Shown in pieces: positions 1 to 11,523 of a DNA stretch of 64,000 bases. The translations under genes were made by a program, and so were the position numbers. The notes under the pieces were generated by a model. That model was not told where the DNA came from and made no database searches. It worked only from the letters and a program-made list of their open reading frames with translations. The stretch is taken from positions 17,918,001 to 17,982,000 of the forward strand of contig CM060734.1 of the NCBI GenBank assembly GCA_030704615.1, given 5' to 3'. This stretch comes from Takakia lepidozioides. Lineage: Eukaryota; Plantae; Bryophyta. How positions within the stretch are numbered: the stretch's first letter is position 1; each line of letters opens with the position of its first letter.

Positions 1-1075
1 CAGTCACATGAACATTAAACTCTGAGTGAAAACGACGTCCATTATGAGTATACGAAAATCCATCAATTGGGTTGAGCACCACCGGTTCTCCAAAAATGTT
101 GGCCCCTTCAACACATCCCGGTATATAGCCAGGATCAGACTCAACCAAGTGGTCATGTTGCTCATGTACTGCCTTTGAGTTTGGAACCATGTCTCCTGTG
201 CCCTGGCTGCTAAAATACTCCTCTGAAGTAACAGATTCATAGTAGAAATTGTTCTTTGTATCACCTTGAACCACCTTGCGAAAACGTCGTTGATCATCTG
301 TATACCAATATCCATCTTCAACCTCGTATAAGGGATCAACCAATGGGGAAGTGCGTCCCAAATACTCCCTCCCAGCTTCCACTTGTGAATCAGATGTCAT
401 CTCTGTAACGCCCAATGTAACTGTTGGATGTGTTGCAGACGGCTCTTCGAATAACCGAACTTGTTGTCTGATCCCATCTAGTGAATGTCGACGTACTTCA
501 ACAGCCTGCAGTGGACTTTCTTCATCATGTGTTATAGATACTTGTCTGCATGACTGTTCTGGTGTATTATCGACATGTGTTTCAACTCCACATACTTGTA
601 CACTAGGTGTGTTTGGAGCTCCCAAGGTGCTTTCTACATGCACATCATTGTGCATGTCATCTTTATGTCGTTTAGTACTTGTGGCCGCTTGTTCCGGTGA
701 AACGGACATTCTATGCTTGCGGGACTGCTCCATACGTGGTAATTCTAGTGATGGAGACCCCATTGACTGACCCATATCATCAAGTCCAAGTACACTGGAA
801 GTGTCTTCATCAGACCCAGTACTGGAGTCGTTCTTTTCGTCATCTATATCTCTGGAGTCCTCGTTTTTTTCAGAACCCTGCTCTTCACTTTCATCCCATT
901 CCTCTATCACCTCTTCGATATCGTCATCTGGAATGTCCAATGCCTCACCTATCCTCTCATACCATGATTTCACATGTTCACGTAAATTGTGAAGAGTAGA
1001 TGCCCATCTGAATGCTTGAATGGACGACATCCTGCATTTGTTTGTTTTGCGAATGTGTACACACCTTGACGACAT
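1..1075 (-). CDS. Long acidic/low-complexity ORF of unknown function (>=358 codons, runs off the left edge; probably TE-encoded)
   Basis: Manual translation from ATG at 1075 is stop-free to position 1 (MSSRCVHIRK...EALDIPDDDIEEVIEEWDESEEQGSEKNED...LYEVEDGYWYTDDQRRF...GRRFHSEFNVHVT). Not in the ORF track; no family motif recognised. Confidence 0.45.
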   Translation of the reverse strand, partial: MSSRCVHIRKTNKCRMSSIQAFRWASTLHNLREHVKSWYERIGEALDIPDDDIEEVIEEWDESEEQGSEKNEDSRDIDDEKNDSSTGSDEDTSSVLGLDDMGQSMGSPSLELPRMEQSRKHRMSVSPEQAATSTKRHKDDMHNDVHVESTLGAPNTPSVQVCGVETHVDNTPEQSCRQVSITHDEESPLQAVEVRRHSLDGIRQQVRLFEEPSATHPTVTLGVTEMTSDSQVEAGREYLGRTSPLVDPLYEVEDGYWYTDDQRRFRKVVQGDTKNNFYYESVTSEEYFSSQGTGDMVPNSKAVHEQHDHLVESDPGYIPGCVEGANIFGEPVVLNPIDGFSYTHNGRRFHSEFNVHVT

Positions 1076-1947
1076 TTTGCAGCGCCCACATCCAGGTAAC
1101 CCTTCAGTGCTTCAAGTGTTGTTGGTGTGTCTGGATATTTTTTTTCTGCTGCCGGCAATAGAAACAAGATGTTCCAATACTCCAAACTACCCAGTCCCAG
1201 TAGAGGGTTGGGTTCTCCTCTGATGCTGTTGTATGCCTCCGCTGGGGAATCTTGACTCCATTGACTCCTTGTGCTGAGATTTAAAGAATCCAGGGGCCAT
1301 GACAAGAGGGAAATTTAACTGAAGACAAGGAACCCTGATACTAAACTCCCACCCAAGGACTATGACTTAGTCAGTGGCGACCTTAGCTGGCGGCAATGGA
1401 GATTACAGAAAGAGGAAAAGTGTTGGACGCCCTGATCAACCCTGCGATTAGTGCTTAAACAGGAGGGGGGGATTAGGGGTTAGTGGAAGAGAAAGGCGAA
1501 AGAGGGAGCCGAGGTACTGGGAGAAGCGGGAAGCGCTGATGAGAGGCGGTCTATTAATTAGAGGCGGCTCCGGTACGTCCAGCTGGGGGTGTTGAATGAT
1601 TAGAAGAGATAAAAGAGGGAGAAAGCCTTGGGGATGAACTATGGTGAACGTACATAGAACATATCAAAGTGTAGCTTGTTTGACGGAGAAACAGGATGAA
1701 GGGTAATGTTGCCATAGATCAAGAGCAACGATGAGAGAAATTTGTGCCAACTCGAAGGTGGAAGATGATACGACCGTTGGTGGCCGTGGGGCTCCGCCAT
1801 CGCTCCCCCCGCTCGAGCTCCTCTCAATATTTTCAAGGGTATTGGAAGTCAATTAATTTGAGTGAAAGGGCCTCCGTCCCCTCTCTTTAAAAAATAAAAT
1901 AAAAATAGTTTGGCTGACTGACGAAGTTCATTTTCGAACTTTTTTTC

Positions 1948-2143
1948 GGATGGGTATCTCATGCAAGGGAAGTGAGTGTAGAAGTAGTGGATGGGTTGTG
2001 CTCACCTTGGCACAGATTTGTACTAGTTTCGCAAATTCTCTCACACGAGCATACTTTTGTTTCGCCCATGATATCATATTCTCTGGATATTCCTAGAATA
2101 TATAGAGTATCCCTGTATGCTCATTCTGAGCCCCTACCCAACC
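1948..2143. mobile_element. Degenerate MITE-like remnant related to 38025-38618
   Basis: Ends GGATGGGTA...TACCCAACC, plus TGCTCA and TATTCCTAGAATAT motifs shared with the 38 kb element. Confidence 0.3.
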
Positions 2144-2308
2144 TCCATTGATTGATGGTCATCGTTTCCAGCGACTTGTTCCTGAAACGCTTTTTGCTGA
2201 TATGTACAAGTGTTACTATTCAACAAACGGTGACAAGCTCAAGGCATAGTCCTCCTCTTGAGCATGTGTTCGTAGCAAAACCTATTTACATTGGCATTTG
2301 CACAAGTA

Positions 2309-2550
2309 TCCTTTGCTGCAGGGCTTGAGGTCTCAGTCTCTGGGTCACTGTGACTTGAAAGGCGGAAACAGTCTTCGAGACTGAGAGACATCACATCGGA
2401 GCAACAGTTGGAATGCTTAGAAGTTTGTGTAGAAAGTTGTGGCTTTTGCACAAGTGTCCTTTGCTGCAGGGCTTGAGGTTTCAGTCTCTGGGTCACTGTG
2501 ACTTGAAAGGCGGAACAGTCTTAGAGACATGACATCGGAGCACCAGTTGG
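2309..2550 (+). repeat. Local direct duplication (~95 bp unit)
   Basis: CCTTTGCTGCAGGGCTTGAGG...GGGTCACTGTGACTTGAAAGGCGGAA...ACATCGGAGCA at ~2310 and ~2458. Confidence 0.85.
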
Positions 2551-4857
2551 TTCAATTCTGGGATGTTTGTGTCGAAAGTTGTGCTATAATGCACTCAGTA
2601 ACACCAAAAGGGACAATGGGTCAGAGAATGCTTTGCCAGAGGTGAAAAAGATGTGGGGAGCAAACCAACCATTTCAGTCAACAAAGCTTGTATGTATGTG
2701 GAGGTCAAAGCGGAGAAAAGCGGGTATATGCAGGATCCACAGGAGAGATGGTGGGCCTTCAGCTACGGTACGTGGGCGTCAGAGGTGTTCGGACATGTGT
2801 CCGGACGCTGAGACTGCGGTCGGTGCTATACTGCTGCTGTAAACATGTGGCCCACCCTCATCGTTCCTCTCCAGTCACCAGTCTCAATCCAGCTGCTGCT
2901 TCCATCACGTGCTGGAACGCTGAAGCTTAACTGTGGTCAACACGAGCTTCAAATATCCTGGACCCCGATGCCTTTTTCATTGCCACTCTCGCAATCGGTG
3001 AAACAATCTGGGAACGTCTCTTCCTAGCTAGATCATGTGTGATGTCCGAGAGTCCCAGGGACAATCCACTGCCCTCATGACATGCCGCCTTCTCTTAAAT
3101 CACGTGGTGCAGCGAAGAAGGGGATTGTCAAAGACGGTCAGGAAACACTACGTGCCTAACTTACCATGAACTATTTCACGAAGGAAGCCGAGTCATAGAT
3201 TCCATGTAAGAAGGAAGTCAGCAACAAGCAAATGTTACCGAGGTGGCGAATTCTGTTAGGCCCGCTATGGCGCATGCGACTTGCCAAGTGCAGATAGGCT
3301 GATGAGCATGCAGACACATCTTCACTCATGCTCCACACAGTTTACAGCACATGCTACTCTGCCCCACTCAAAATACTCACAACCAATGTACCATTGCGAC
3401 TTGATGACCAGTGCAAAGGAGAAACTTTATGCAAAGATTGGGTGGGGCCGGCCGTGATCGCCCACTTCACGTTAGACAATAGGCGGCGAGATAAACTCCA
3501 CAAAATCTGGAGTGCAAAGAGGAGTCAAATGGCGGATGGTGTCAAGGCACTGCGGACCCACGCTGTGTACGTGCTGCCCTTTCCTTCAGCGACGTGGAGC
3601 CTTGCCTCTTGGCTGTGCAATCATGCACACACCCTCCGTCCTCTTCTGTAGGACCCACCAGCGTCTCACTGAGTCTGAGTTTGAATGGGCTACCCAGAGA
3701 GATGGTCAGTCGTCGCTGGAATTCTGCGATGACTTGAGAGCGACTCTGGCCGGAGACCTGCGAAAACTGATCCATTGCGGACAACATTCTCCCACCAACA
3801 AGTTAGATGCTACAATCAGTGTTTATAGATTTCGAGTTTCGCAATGTCTGAGCTGCACAAGCCGTGTCCAAATGTGAGTAAAGTTGCCGGTGTATTGCAA
3901 GTGAAATGAGTGGAAGTAAGCCTACGTCGAGAGTGACGATGGTGCATGGTACATGAGGTTGAGGGAAAAAAATATACCTACTGGGCGTTGGCGTGCTTCT
4001 ACCTGCCAAACAAAGCGCTTAGCTCATGCCGCTTTTGAAACTTTCCCTCCTCAACTTTGACTTCTAACTTCAATGGGTCCCATTCTGTAGTTAAAGCCCA
4101 GCGTGAGACCAGGCCGAGAAAAGGAAGTTGAGAAGCACCGATGCTATACAAATTTAGGCTCAGAAACCACTCGTAGTTTGACTGAGATTTAATTCTTGTC
4201 ACAGATATGAGAGATCTATCACGTGCCAGTTTGCTTTACATACTTTTTTCCCCATTTTACGAAATCCTGTCTGCATCCTCTTAAACCAGGAGGGAGATGA
4301 CGGATGAACCGACATGCTCGAGCGAAGCTATCCAGGTGCCGAGAAACCAATCACCCATGAGAATATAATCGAATTCTTCCAGACAGGCTGTAATGTAGTG
4401 GAAGCCACGACTGGAGGATGGATAGGATACACCTATGGTGCCCTTCCGCAAAGTGGTGCTGATTTCTAATTGGCGATCAGATAGTCATGACTGAGGAAGA
4501 AGATCACCTTCACACATATCCGTTCGGCCTCACATATCACATCCAAACATCCAAAATAGAATGATGGTCTACGAGCACATAAAGCATATGAAACATTTGA
4601 AAGGTGTCAAATCTCAGTTGCACACATGGAAGCATGCAAGTCGTGGAGAAATGAAGCGGATAAGACCGGAGTGCTCACAAGTTTGAGCTTGCCATGTGGC
4701 TTTGCAGAATGATAAACAAATGGGTAATGAGGATGTGGAGACTGGAAAACACTGAGATTTTACTGAGAGTAGAAATAATAGGCACGTGGGCCGGCAACTC
4801 TCTCGGGAGGATATGAGCCAAGTTTTAAATAGATTGTCTCCCACGGACTGTACTCCT

Positions 4858-5335
4858 TTACTGTCAGTACAAGTTGAGCTTCTTTTTTCTTCTCCTCTGA
4901 GTCACACCACCTTCTCCGTGCTGCAGAGCGGGCTTCAGGTAAAAGGTCCATCTCCCTGGAAACTTTCTGTAGTATACCCTTCTTCCTAAATTCCCCCTCT
5001 GCCCCCCTCCCCTCCACCCTTACTGTCAGTACAAGTTGAGATTCTTCTTCTTCTCACTCCGAGTCACCACCTCCTCGTTGCTGCAGAGCGGGCTTCAGGT
5101 AAAGTCCATCTCCCTGGAAACTTTTTGAAGCACACCCTTCTTCCTGAATTCCCCCTCTCCCCACCTCCTCTCCACCCTTACTGTCAGTACAAGTTGTGCT
5201 TCTTCTTCTTCTCCCTCCGAGTCACCACCTCCTCCTTGGTGCAGAGCGGGCTTCAAGTAAAGTCACCACAAACCCATCTCCCTGAAAACTTTCTGTAGCA
5301 CACCCTTCTTCCTGAATTCTCACTCCCCTCCACCC
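4858..5335 (+). repeat. Triplicated ~160-bp unit immediately 5' of the STP start codon
   Basis: TTACTGTCAGTACAAGTTG...GCAGAGCGGGCTTCA(G/A)GTAAA...CATCTCCCTG...CCCTTCTTCCT...CTCCACCCT begins at ~4858, ~5020 and ~5178. Confidence 0.9.
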
Positions 5336-5341
5336 TCAAGG

Positions 5342-7827
5342 ATGACGGCCGGGGGAGTGGCTACAACTGGCGAGATCAAACACTATGAAGGGCGTACCAC
5401 TGTCTACGTGCTGCTCACATGCCTCCTTGCTGCATGTGGTGGCCTCATGTTTGGCTACGATGTGGGGATTTCAGGTAAGAGACTTGCCCCCTTGTATGAG
5501 TGGATAATTTAAGGCAGCTCCGTTGATCAGAAACACAATGCTCATAACATGACGGGCGAAATACTAAGATGTGGCCTTCTAGACTCTCGTTATAATTTAA
5601 AAGTCTAATAAGAAACTTAAGAGGTCTCCTGTAGATGCTTTCGGTAGACTGTGCAATGTGATACGGAACAGGTATGTTAGGTGTCTTCTAAAACTGATGA
5701 AGAGTTCGAGTAGAAGAGTGATGTTTGCTTCACATGCATGTTTAGAATGTTCAGCTCTTTCTGAGTTCGAGAAATCATCTTGAGTATGCAAGCTTGCATG
5801 TCATCAATTGAACAAAGATTTCAATTTGACATAACCTAGTCATCATTTGCAAGGCTCTTACGAAATGGATGCGATGGCAGGTGGAGTCACGTCTATGAAC
5901 GATTTCCTCCTGAAATTCTTCCCCGATGTGTACCACAAGAAGCAGCTCGCAGTTGAGAATGAGAATGCCTACTGCAAGTACAACAACCAAAAGTTGCAGG
6001 CCTTCACCTCGTCGCTCTACATTGCAGGCCTGGTGTCCACATTCTTCGCATCCTGGACCACTAGAAAGTATGGGCGAAAACTAACTATCTTGGTTGCCGG
6101 GCTTTCCTTCCTTGCCGGCGTGATTCTCAATGCAGCAGCCCAGGACTTAGTCATGCTCATTCTGGGAAGAATCCTTCTCGGTTGGGGTGTTGGCTTTGCC
6201 AATCAGGTCAGTGTTTGGTGCCCTACATGTCTACTTGTCTTGCGATCGCTCAGACTTGCTATTGATAATGAGAACTCAGTGTTGAGTTTTGTATACGGAT
6301 CTCTTCTTATGGAGATACAGTCGTGCACTCACAGCTATATGGAGACTGATGATGCGCGTGATTTTGTCGGCAGGCTGTGCCACTTTACCTTTCAGAGATG
6401 GCGCCTACTAGATGGCGTGGAGGCTTAAACATACTCTTCCAGCTCGCTGTGACCATTGGCATACTCGTCGCCAATCTGATCAATTACGGTACTGAGAAGG
6501 TAGCAGGCTATGGCTGGCGAATTTCACTGGGGTTGGCTGGGATCCCTGCCTTTCTCATCACCTTCGGTGGCATTTTTCTTCCTGATACTCCCAACAGCTT
6601 GGTGCAAAGAGGAAAGCAAGCGGAGGGACGAAGAGTGTTAGAGAGAATTCGAGGCATAACCACAGTGGATGAAGAGTTTGAGGATCTCTTGATGGCTAGT
6701 CGAGAGGCTGAACAAATAACAAACCCCTTCAGGAACATTCTGAAGCGTCGAACCCGACCTCAATTGATCATTTCTATCCTACTCCAGTTCTTCCAGCAGT
6801 TTACAGGCATCAATGCTATCATGTTTTATGCACCTGTGCTCTTCCAAACCTTGGGCTTCAAATCAGATGCCTCCCTCTACTCAGCTGTGATCACCGGAGC
6901 TGTCAACGTTCTTTCCACTGTTGTTGCCATAGTTGTAGTAGACAGGGCTGGTCGAAGGGTCTTGCTCTTGGAGGCCGGTTTCCAAATGTTCATTGCACAG
7001 GTAATTCACATGATCAGTTACTAGTTCCTCCTCATGTACTTGCTCTCATTCCCATTACTTCTCATGGAATGGGGCATACTGTGAAGTTGAGATTGATTGA
7101 CCGCATAGCAGAATTGACCAGTGTAACATTCAGTTTGAACAGTTTCTGGATTTCAAGTGAGGAGTAGCACTAGTTCACCCATTAGATTTTTTTACCATCT
7201 TGAAAATGATGGTACTGTAAGACACTTAAGCTACTCCATACAATTTCACTGTCACAACTGTCTCTCATAGATCTGAATTGGCACGCTGTGCAGGTTGCCA
7301 TCGCCATTGTCCTGGCTGTCGGGATGCATGGAACTCAACTTGCACACTCACTGGGAATCTTAGTTGTGGTACTGGTGTGTGTATATGTGTCCTCTTTTGC
7401 ATGGTCATGGGGCCCACTTGGTTGGCTTATTCCCAGTGAGATCTTCCCACTTGACACGCGCTCATCTGGACAGAGCATCACAGTGTCAGTGAATCTCTTC
7501 TTCACTTTCCTCATCGCCCAGGTCTTCTTGTCCATGTTGTGCACGTTCAAGTGGGGCATTTTCCTCTTCTTTGCGGCGTGGGTGATTGTTATGCAGTTGT
7601 TTGTCTACTTCTTTGTGCCAGAGACCAAGGGGGTGCCTATCGAAGAGATGGAATTAGTGTGGAGAAAGCATTGGTTTTGGAAAAGGTACATTGTTGATGA
7701 AGACACTAGGATTCCGAATGGAGTGGCCTTGGGAGATGTGAAAGCCGGTGGCATGGGAGCACAAAATGAAAATTCCACCAATAGTGGGAATGGCCTCCAC
7801 AATCGGAAAGTTGATAATGCAGTCTAA
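5342..7827 (+). CDS. STP13: Sugar transport protein (MFS hexose/H+ symporter), STP13-like, 539 aa; exons 5342-5474, 5881-6206, 6374-7000, 7294-7827
   Basis: Motifs [91 protein letters not shown]. Three GT-AG introns in consistent phase; 1620 nt spliced. Exact orthology is inferred. Confidence 0.95.
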
Positions 7828-9290
7828 CATCATGAGTGTCTAGTAAGGGCATTCAAGCCACTATTTCTTTGATCATTGCACTCACTTATCCAACAGCAGG
7901 TCACAATTTGACAGATGAAACAACGGATGTACACCATATGTCCTTCACTGTCACTCTGAAATTTGCTTACAATTAAACTAGATCCTGTAGCTGAGGGAAT
8001 GATAAATGTCCACATGACACATAGCTTGTTCAGATTTACTAATGATGCAAGATTTGAAGATCCTTGTAAACTACCTCTCTCTCTTATTTCTGCCAGGAAG
8101 GAAGAAAGTTTTTGACTGCATGGAATACTTAAAGGTGGAAGATCCATGTGATTCCCGCTATGTATTCATTGACATATGCTACTCTAGTTGGAAATGTGTC
8201 AAGCTACTTCTTCTTGGCAAAAAGATCTAGTGAATGTATAGGTGTTTCAGGTGAAAAGATCTACAATAAAAGTTTTGGGACTGGTGAAAATATCACCTTT
8301 TGGCCATGAGTTCCTCCCCACTATTGTAGCCCTCTGAACATTATGAACTTTCGTTCTTTCTTTCATTCTATGACCATGCAGCTTGTTGGAAGCATTGTTC
8401 ATGTTCAACCCTGGAAATCAACTGGCAAAGATTTTTTCAGGATCTTGCTGCGAAGACATGTCAGTATCCAAAACTTTATTCATTTGTTAAATACTTTTAA
8501 GAGACTGTCTTTTCAACTGTTGTAATGGATATCCCTATCCAGTATGTATTGTGTGTATGTAATATCCCACAACAACACAAATGCTCACGTTTGTGTGCAC
8601 AAATGCTTTGTAATTACTCATCGGTCATGCAGTTGAGCCCTGCACACTTGAGAACAAGTGTGATGGTAGTTTCTCCACATTATTTCCCTTTGTAGAGAAC
8701 GCGCTCATGTCATAATCTCCAAAATCAAGTACAACACCCTTTGTTTTTGCTTCAATTCAGTTACCCTTCAGTTGTGACATGAGAACGTGAAGGAGGAAAT
8801 TTTGCGCAGCAACAGTAGGCTTTTCAGACCATGCTCCTCCCCCATCCTCAATTTAGACTGCATGTCTGAAAAGATTATCAAGCACTTAATGTTAGTTGCC
8901 ACGATGAAGGGAAAAAATAGCTGATGATCTCAATGTACTCTAACCAGTGAAACCAAATAAGAAATAAAACCAAAATGTTGCAGAGAGGAGAGAGAACTTG
9001 GTACCTAAGTAGTAAGAAGCAACTGAACATGGCAAAATTCCACACACATGTGCAACTGATACTTCGAACACTCGTGCCATTCCTCCCTACACCCTTGACA
9101 CAAAGTGAAGACTTTTGGAAGCTAAACCACTTCCTCAGTTTCAGGTCAGCAGCAGAAAAAATCCAATTAAGGAAACAGTTTGCACTGTTCCCCTCTTTTT
9201 CTTCCTATCCAGCAACAAGGATTTCATGACCATTGCAGGCCGGTGGGAATTGTGACCCCTTTCTCTACTAGAAAGAATTGAGAATTCAAC

Positions 9291-9859
9291 CTATAAAGTT
9301 CGAACTCGCTCTTCTATCTTCTCATAAATGCCTTGCTTGCCAAAGAACTTCTCTTGAACAGAATTCCAGTCACCCAACACATCCTCCACCCTCCATGAAT
9401 TTTCCACGGTAGAAAACTTGTGCCTGTACTCTTCCAACACCTGGAGCAACAGCCATATGAAGCATCATCAATATCATTGTACATTCAAACACCCTCATGT
9501 TTCAATTAGGTTGTTTATCATCCAGTTAAACCACGTTTCCACCAGAGGTTATCTAAGGCAACACAACATAGAGTTTGCAGCTATGTTACAGGATAGGGAT
9601 GTTGTTCTGTAAATTTAAATACAGATTGGCTGCATTTATCTCCACCGCTTCTGAGAGTGCCTTACAGGTTTTTCAAGTAAAGAACCAACATTTTCAAAAT
9701 GACTGGGTCAAGTTGAAAGGTAGATACCTCTGGTAAAATGGGCCGTAGACCTAGTTCAGCAAACTGTCTTTGGGCAGGGGGCGAAAAGAGAAAGTCCACA
9801 AATGCGTCACAGACTTCTTTGGTGCCACTTTTCATTGCATTTTTGTCCACCACTGCAAC
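9291..9859 (-). CDS. Last two exons (9859-9728, 9440-9291) of a sulfate-binding protein (Sbp/CysP family; plastid sulfate ABC transporter subunit); 5' exons not found
   Basis: Spliced product VAVVDKNAMKSGTKEVCDAFVDFLFSPPAQRQFAELGLRPILPE|VLEEYRHKFSTVENSWRVEDVLGDWNSVQEKFFGKQGIYEKIEERVRTL* follows the Sbp C-terminus pattern (VxVVDK...GTxEVA.A....L.SP..Q......RP...GxW...Q..F...G....I). Canonical splice sites. Confidence 0.85.
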
Positions 9860-10181
9860 CTGCGGCAGAGGAACACATCTCATCATGAGACACGTTCATG
9901 TGTGTAGGGATGTTTTTGCTGTTAGCATGTTAAGGTGCAGATGAAATGAAATCCCTTTGAGAATGCTACATCCAGAACCAGCAACATGCTCAAGTGCCAC
10001 CTCATATAGTAAAACCATGTTATTAGCTACACCGAATAAATGAGTCTCCCTTCTGGTGCTTTAGAGAAGATTAGAGATCCATGTCTATAATATCTCTGTT
10101 CGGACTTGCAGTAATGTGCCAGTTGAGTCCAATCAGCAAAGGCACCGGCAAAGTGGATGATCTAGCAATGAAGCAAGAACT

Positions 10182-10945
10182 TTGCTCACATCTTTGCACA
10201 TAAAAAATGCAGAGGAAAGTACGAAGTGGGAGACAACCTCAGGCTATGATTCTACCCTTCAACCAAATTCCTATTGTTATGGATTTGGCTTGGAAAGAAT
10301 TCAGTCCTCCAGAGTCTTTGGCACACTTTACCAGATTATGCGCATTTGGTTGCCAGTGGCAACTCGGATTAAAGTTCTTCCAACTGACAGACCCATTGAA
10401 GATCACCATTTTGCGTGGTACTGGTCTGAGGCAGGAACCATGCTGAAGGAATTAATTGTCTTCCAAATTGTTCATGGATTCATTTACACCAAGACCAAGG
10501 AGGTACCTAGTTTGGTCATGGGTTGTGGACTGTATTATGCTGCTTGTTTTATTTCACGCTATCACATTGAGCAGCAGAAAATGCAGATGAGATTTCAGAC
10601 TTATTCAAGTGGGGAGCATTGGATGTTACCTTCAGTTCCACCACACACATATCTGTATGATGTAAGGATCATGCTTCAGAAGGATCCCCAACTTCGTTCT
10701 TGGTTTACTTTTGCTCTGGCGAACTTGGGTCTTGACCACATTTTTCCCAAGGGGCATGAAGCCATGAAGTGGTTACAAAGTCATTGGCTCACCACTCAAC
10801 TATGCAGATGATGAGCTACGGGCATATACTAATCTTGCCCGAAAGAGGTTGACACAAGTTTTACAATATAAGCTTCCAGATATGGTGGGCATACACTGTA
10901 TGCCACTCAGGATTCCTGCGAAGCCACCGAAGGTCAGGAAATAGT
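10182..10945 (+). pseudogene. Frameshifted copy of an uncharacterised repeated ORF (probably TE accessory ORF)
   Basis: Peptide PFNQIPIVMDLAWKEFSPP..YQIMRI.LPVATR.KVL..RPIED.HFA.YWSEAGTMLKELI.FQIVH..IYTKTKEVPSLVMGCGLY recurs at 40030-40400 on the minus strand. Confidence 0.55.
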
Positions 10946-11189
10946 AGGGCCAACGGCCCAAAACGTAAATCAGAGATCTAAGATATTTTTTGTAGGTTGT
11001 AGCTTTTGTTTTTTGCATCATACTCGAGACAAATCCCTTGTCATTAAAGCTTCAGGAGTGGGGCCCAGCAGATTAGATCTCATCACTATAACAGTGTGTC
11101 TGGGCAGTGTATTTTCAATGAACAAGGGTGTACGGATGCGCTTAAGTGAGCTTAATTTTAAACTTGGATACCCAAGCAGCTTTACAGGC

Positions 11190-11489
11190 CTCGCCATTAA
11201 TTTACAGCCCTCTTACTTGGAATAACTTAGCCGTGGAGAGGGCTGATCTCTTTCTTTTTCAAGAAAATCGGATGGGGGTCCATATCCGCCTTCAGCCCCT
11301 TGAGGTCTTCTGTCTGTTTGCATTAAGCATCCCACAGGTTCTGTTACCCATGTTCAGTAAACCTATTGCGTTTTGCTTACTCTTTGAACGTATTGGACAA
11401 TGAGAGTCAGAATAACCAATCAACGAAAATGTATTTGTTAGACTTGTCTTGCTTCATTTAAATGGCCGCTGATGATCCCGATTCCGGCG

Positions 11490-11523
<34 letters not shown>

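Noticed and set aside
351-999. Ser/Cys-rich plus-strand ORFs
   Set aside because: Antisense shadows of the minus-strand acidic ORF.
1370-1395. PBS-like TGGCGACC...
   Set aside because: Poor tRNA complementarity and opposite orientation to the nearby ORF.
2560-4800. Short ORFs and G-boxes upstream of STP
   Set aside because: No recognisable protein motifs; isolated CACGTG hexamers are expected by chance.
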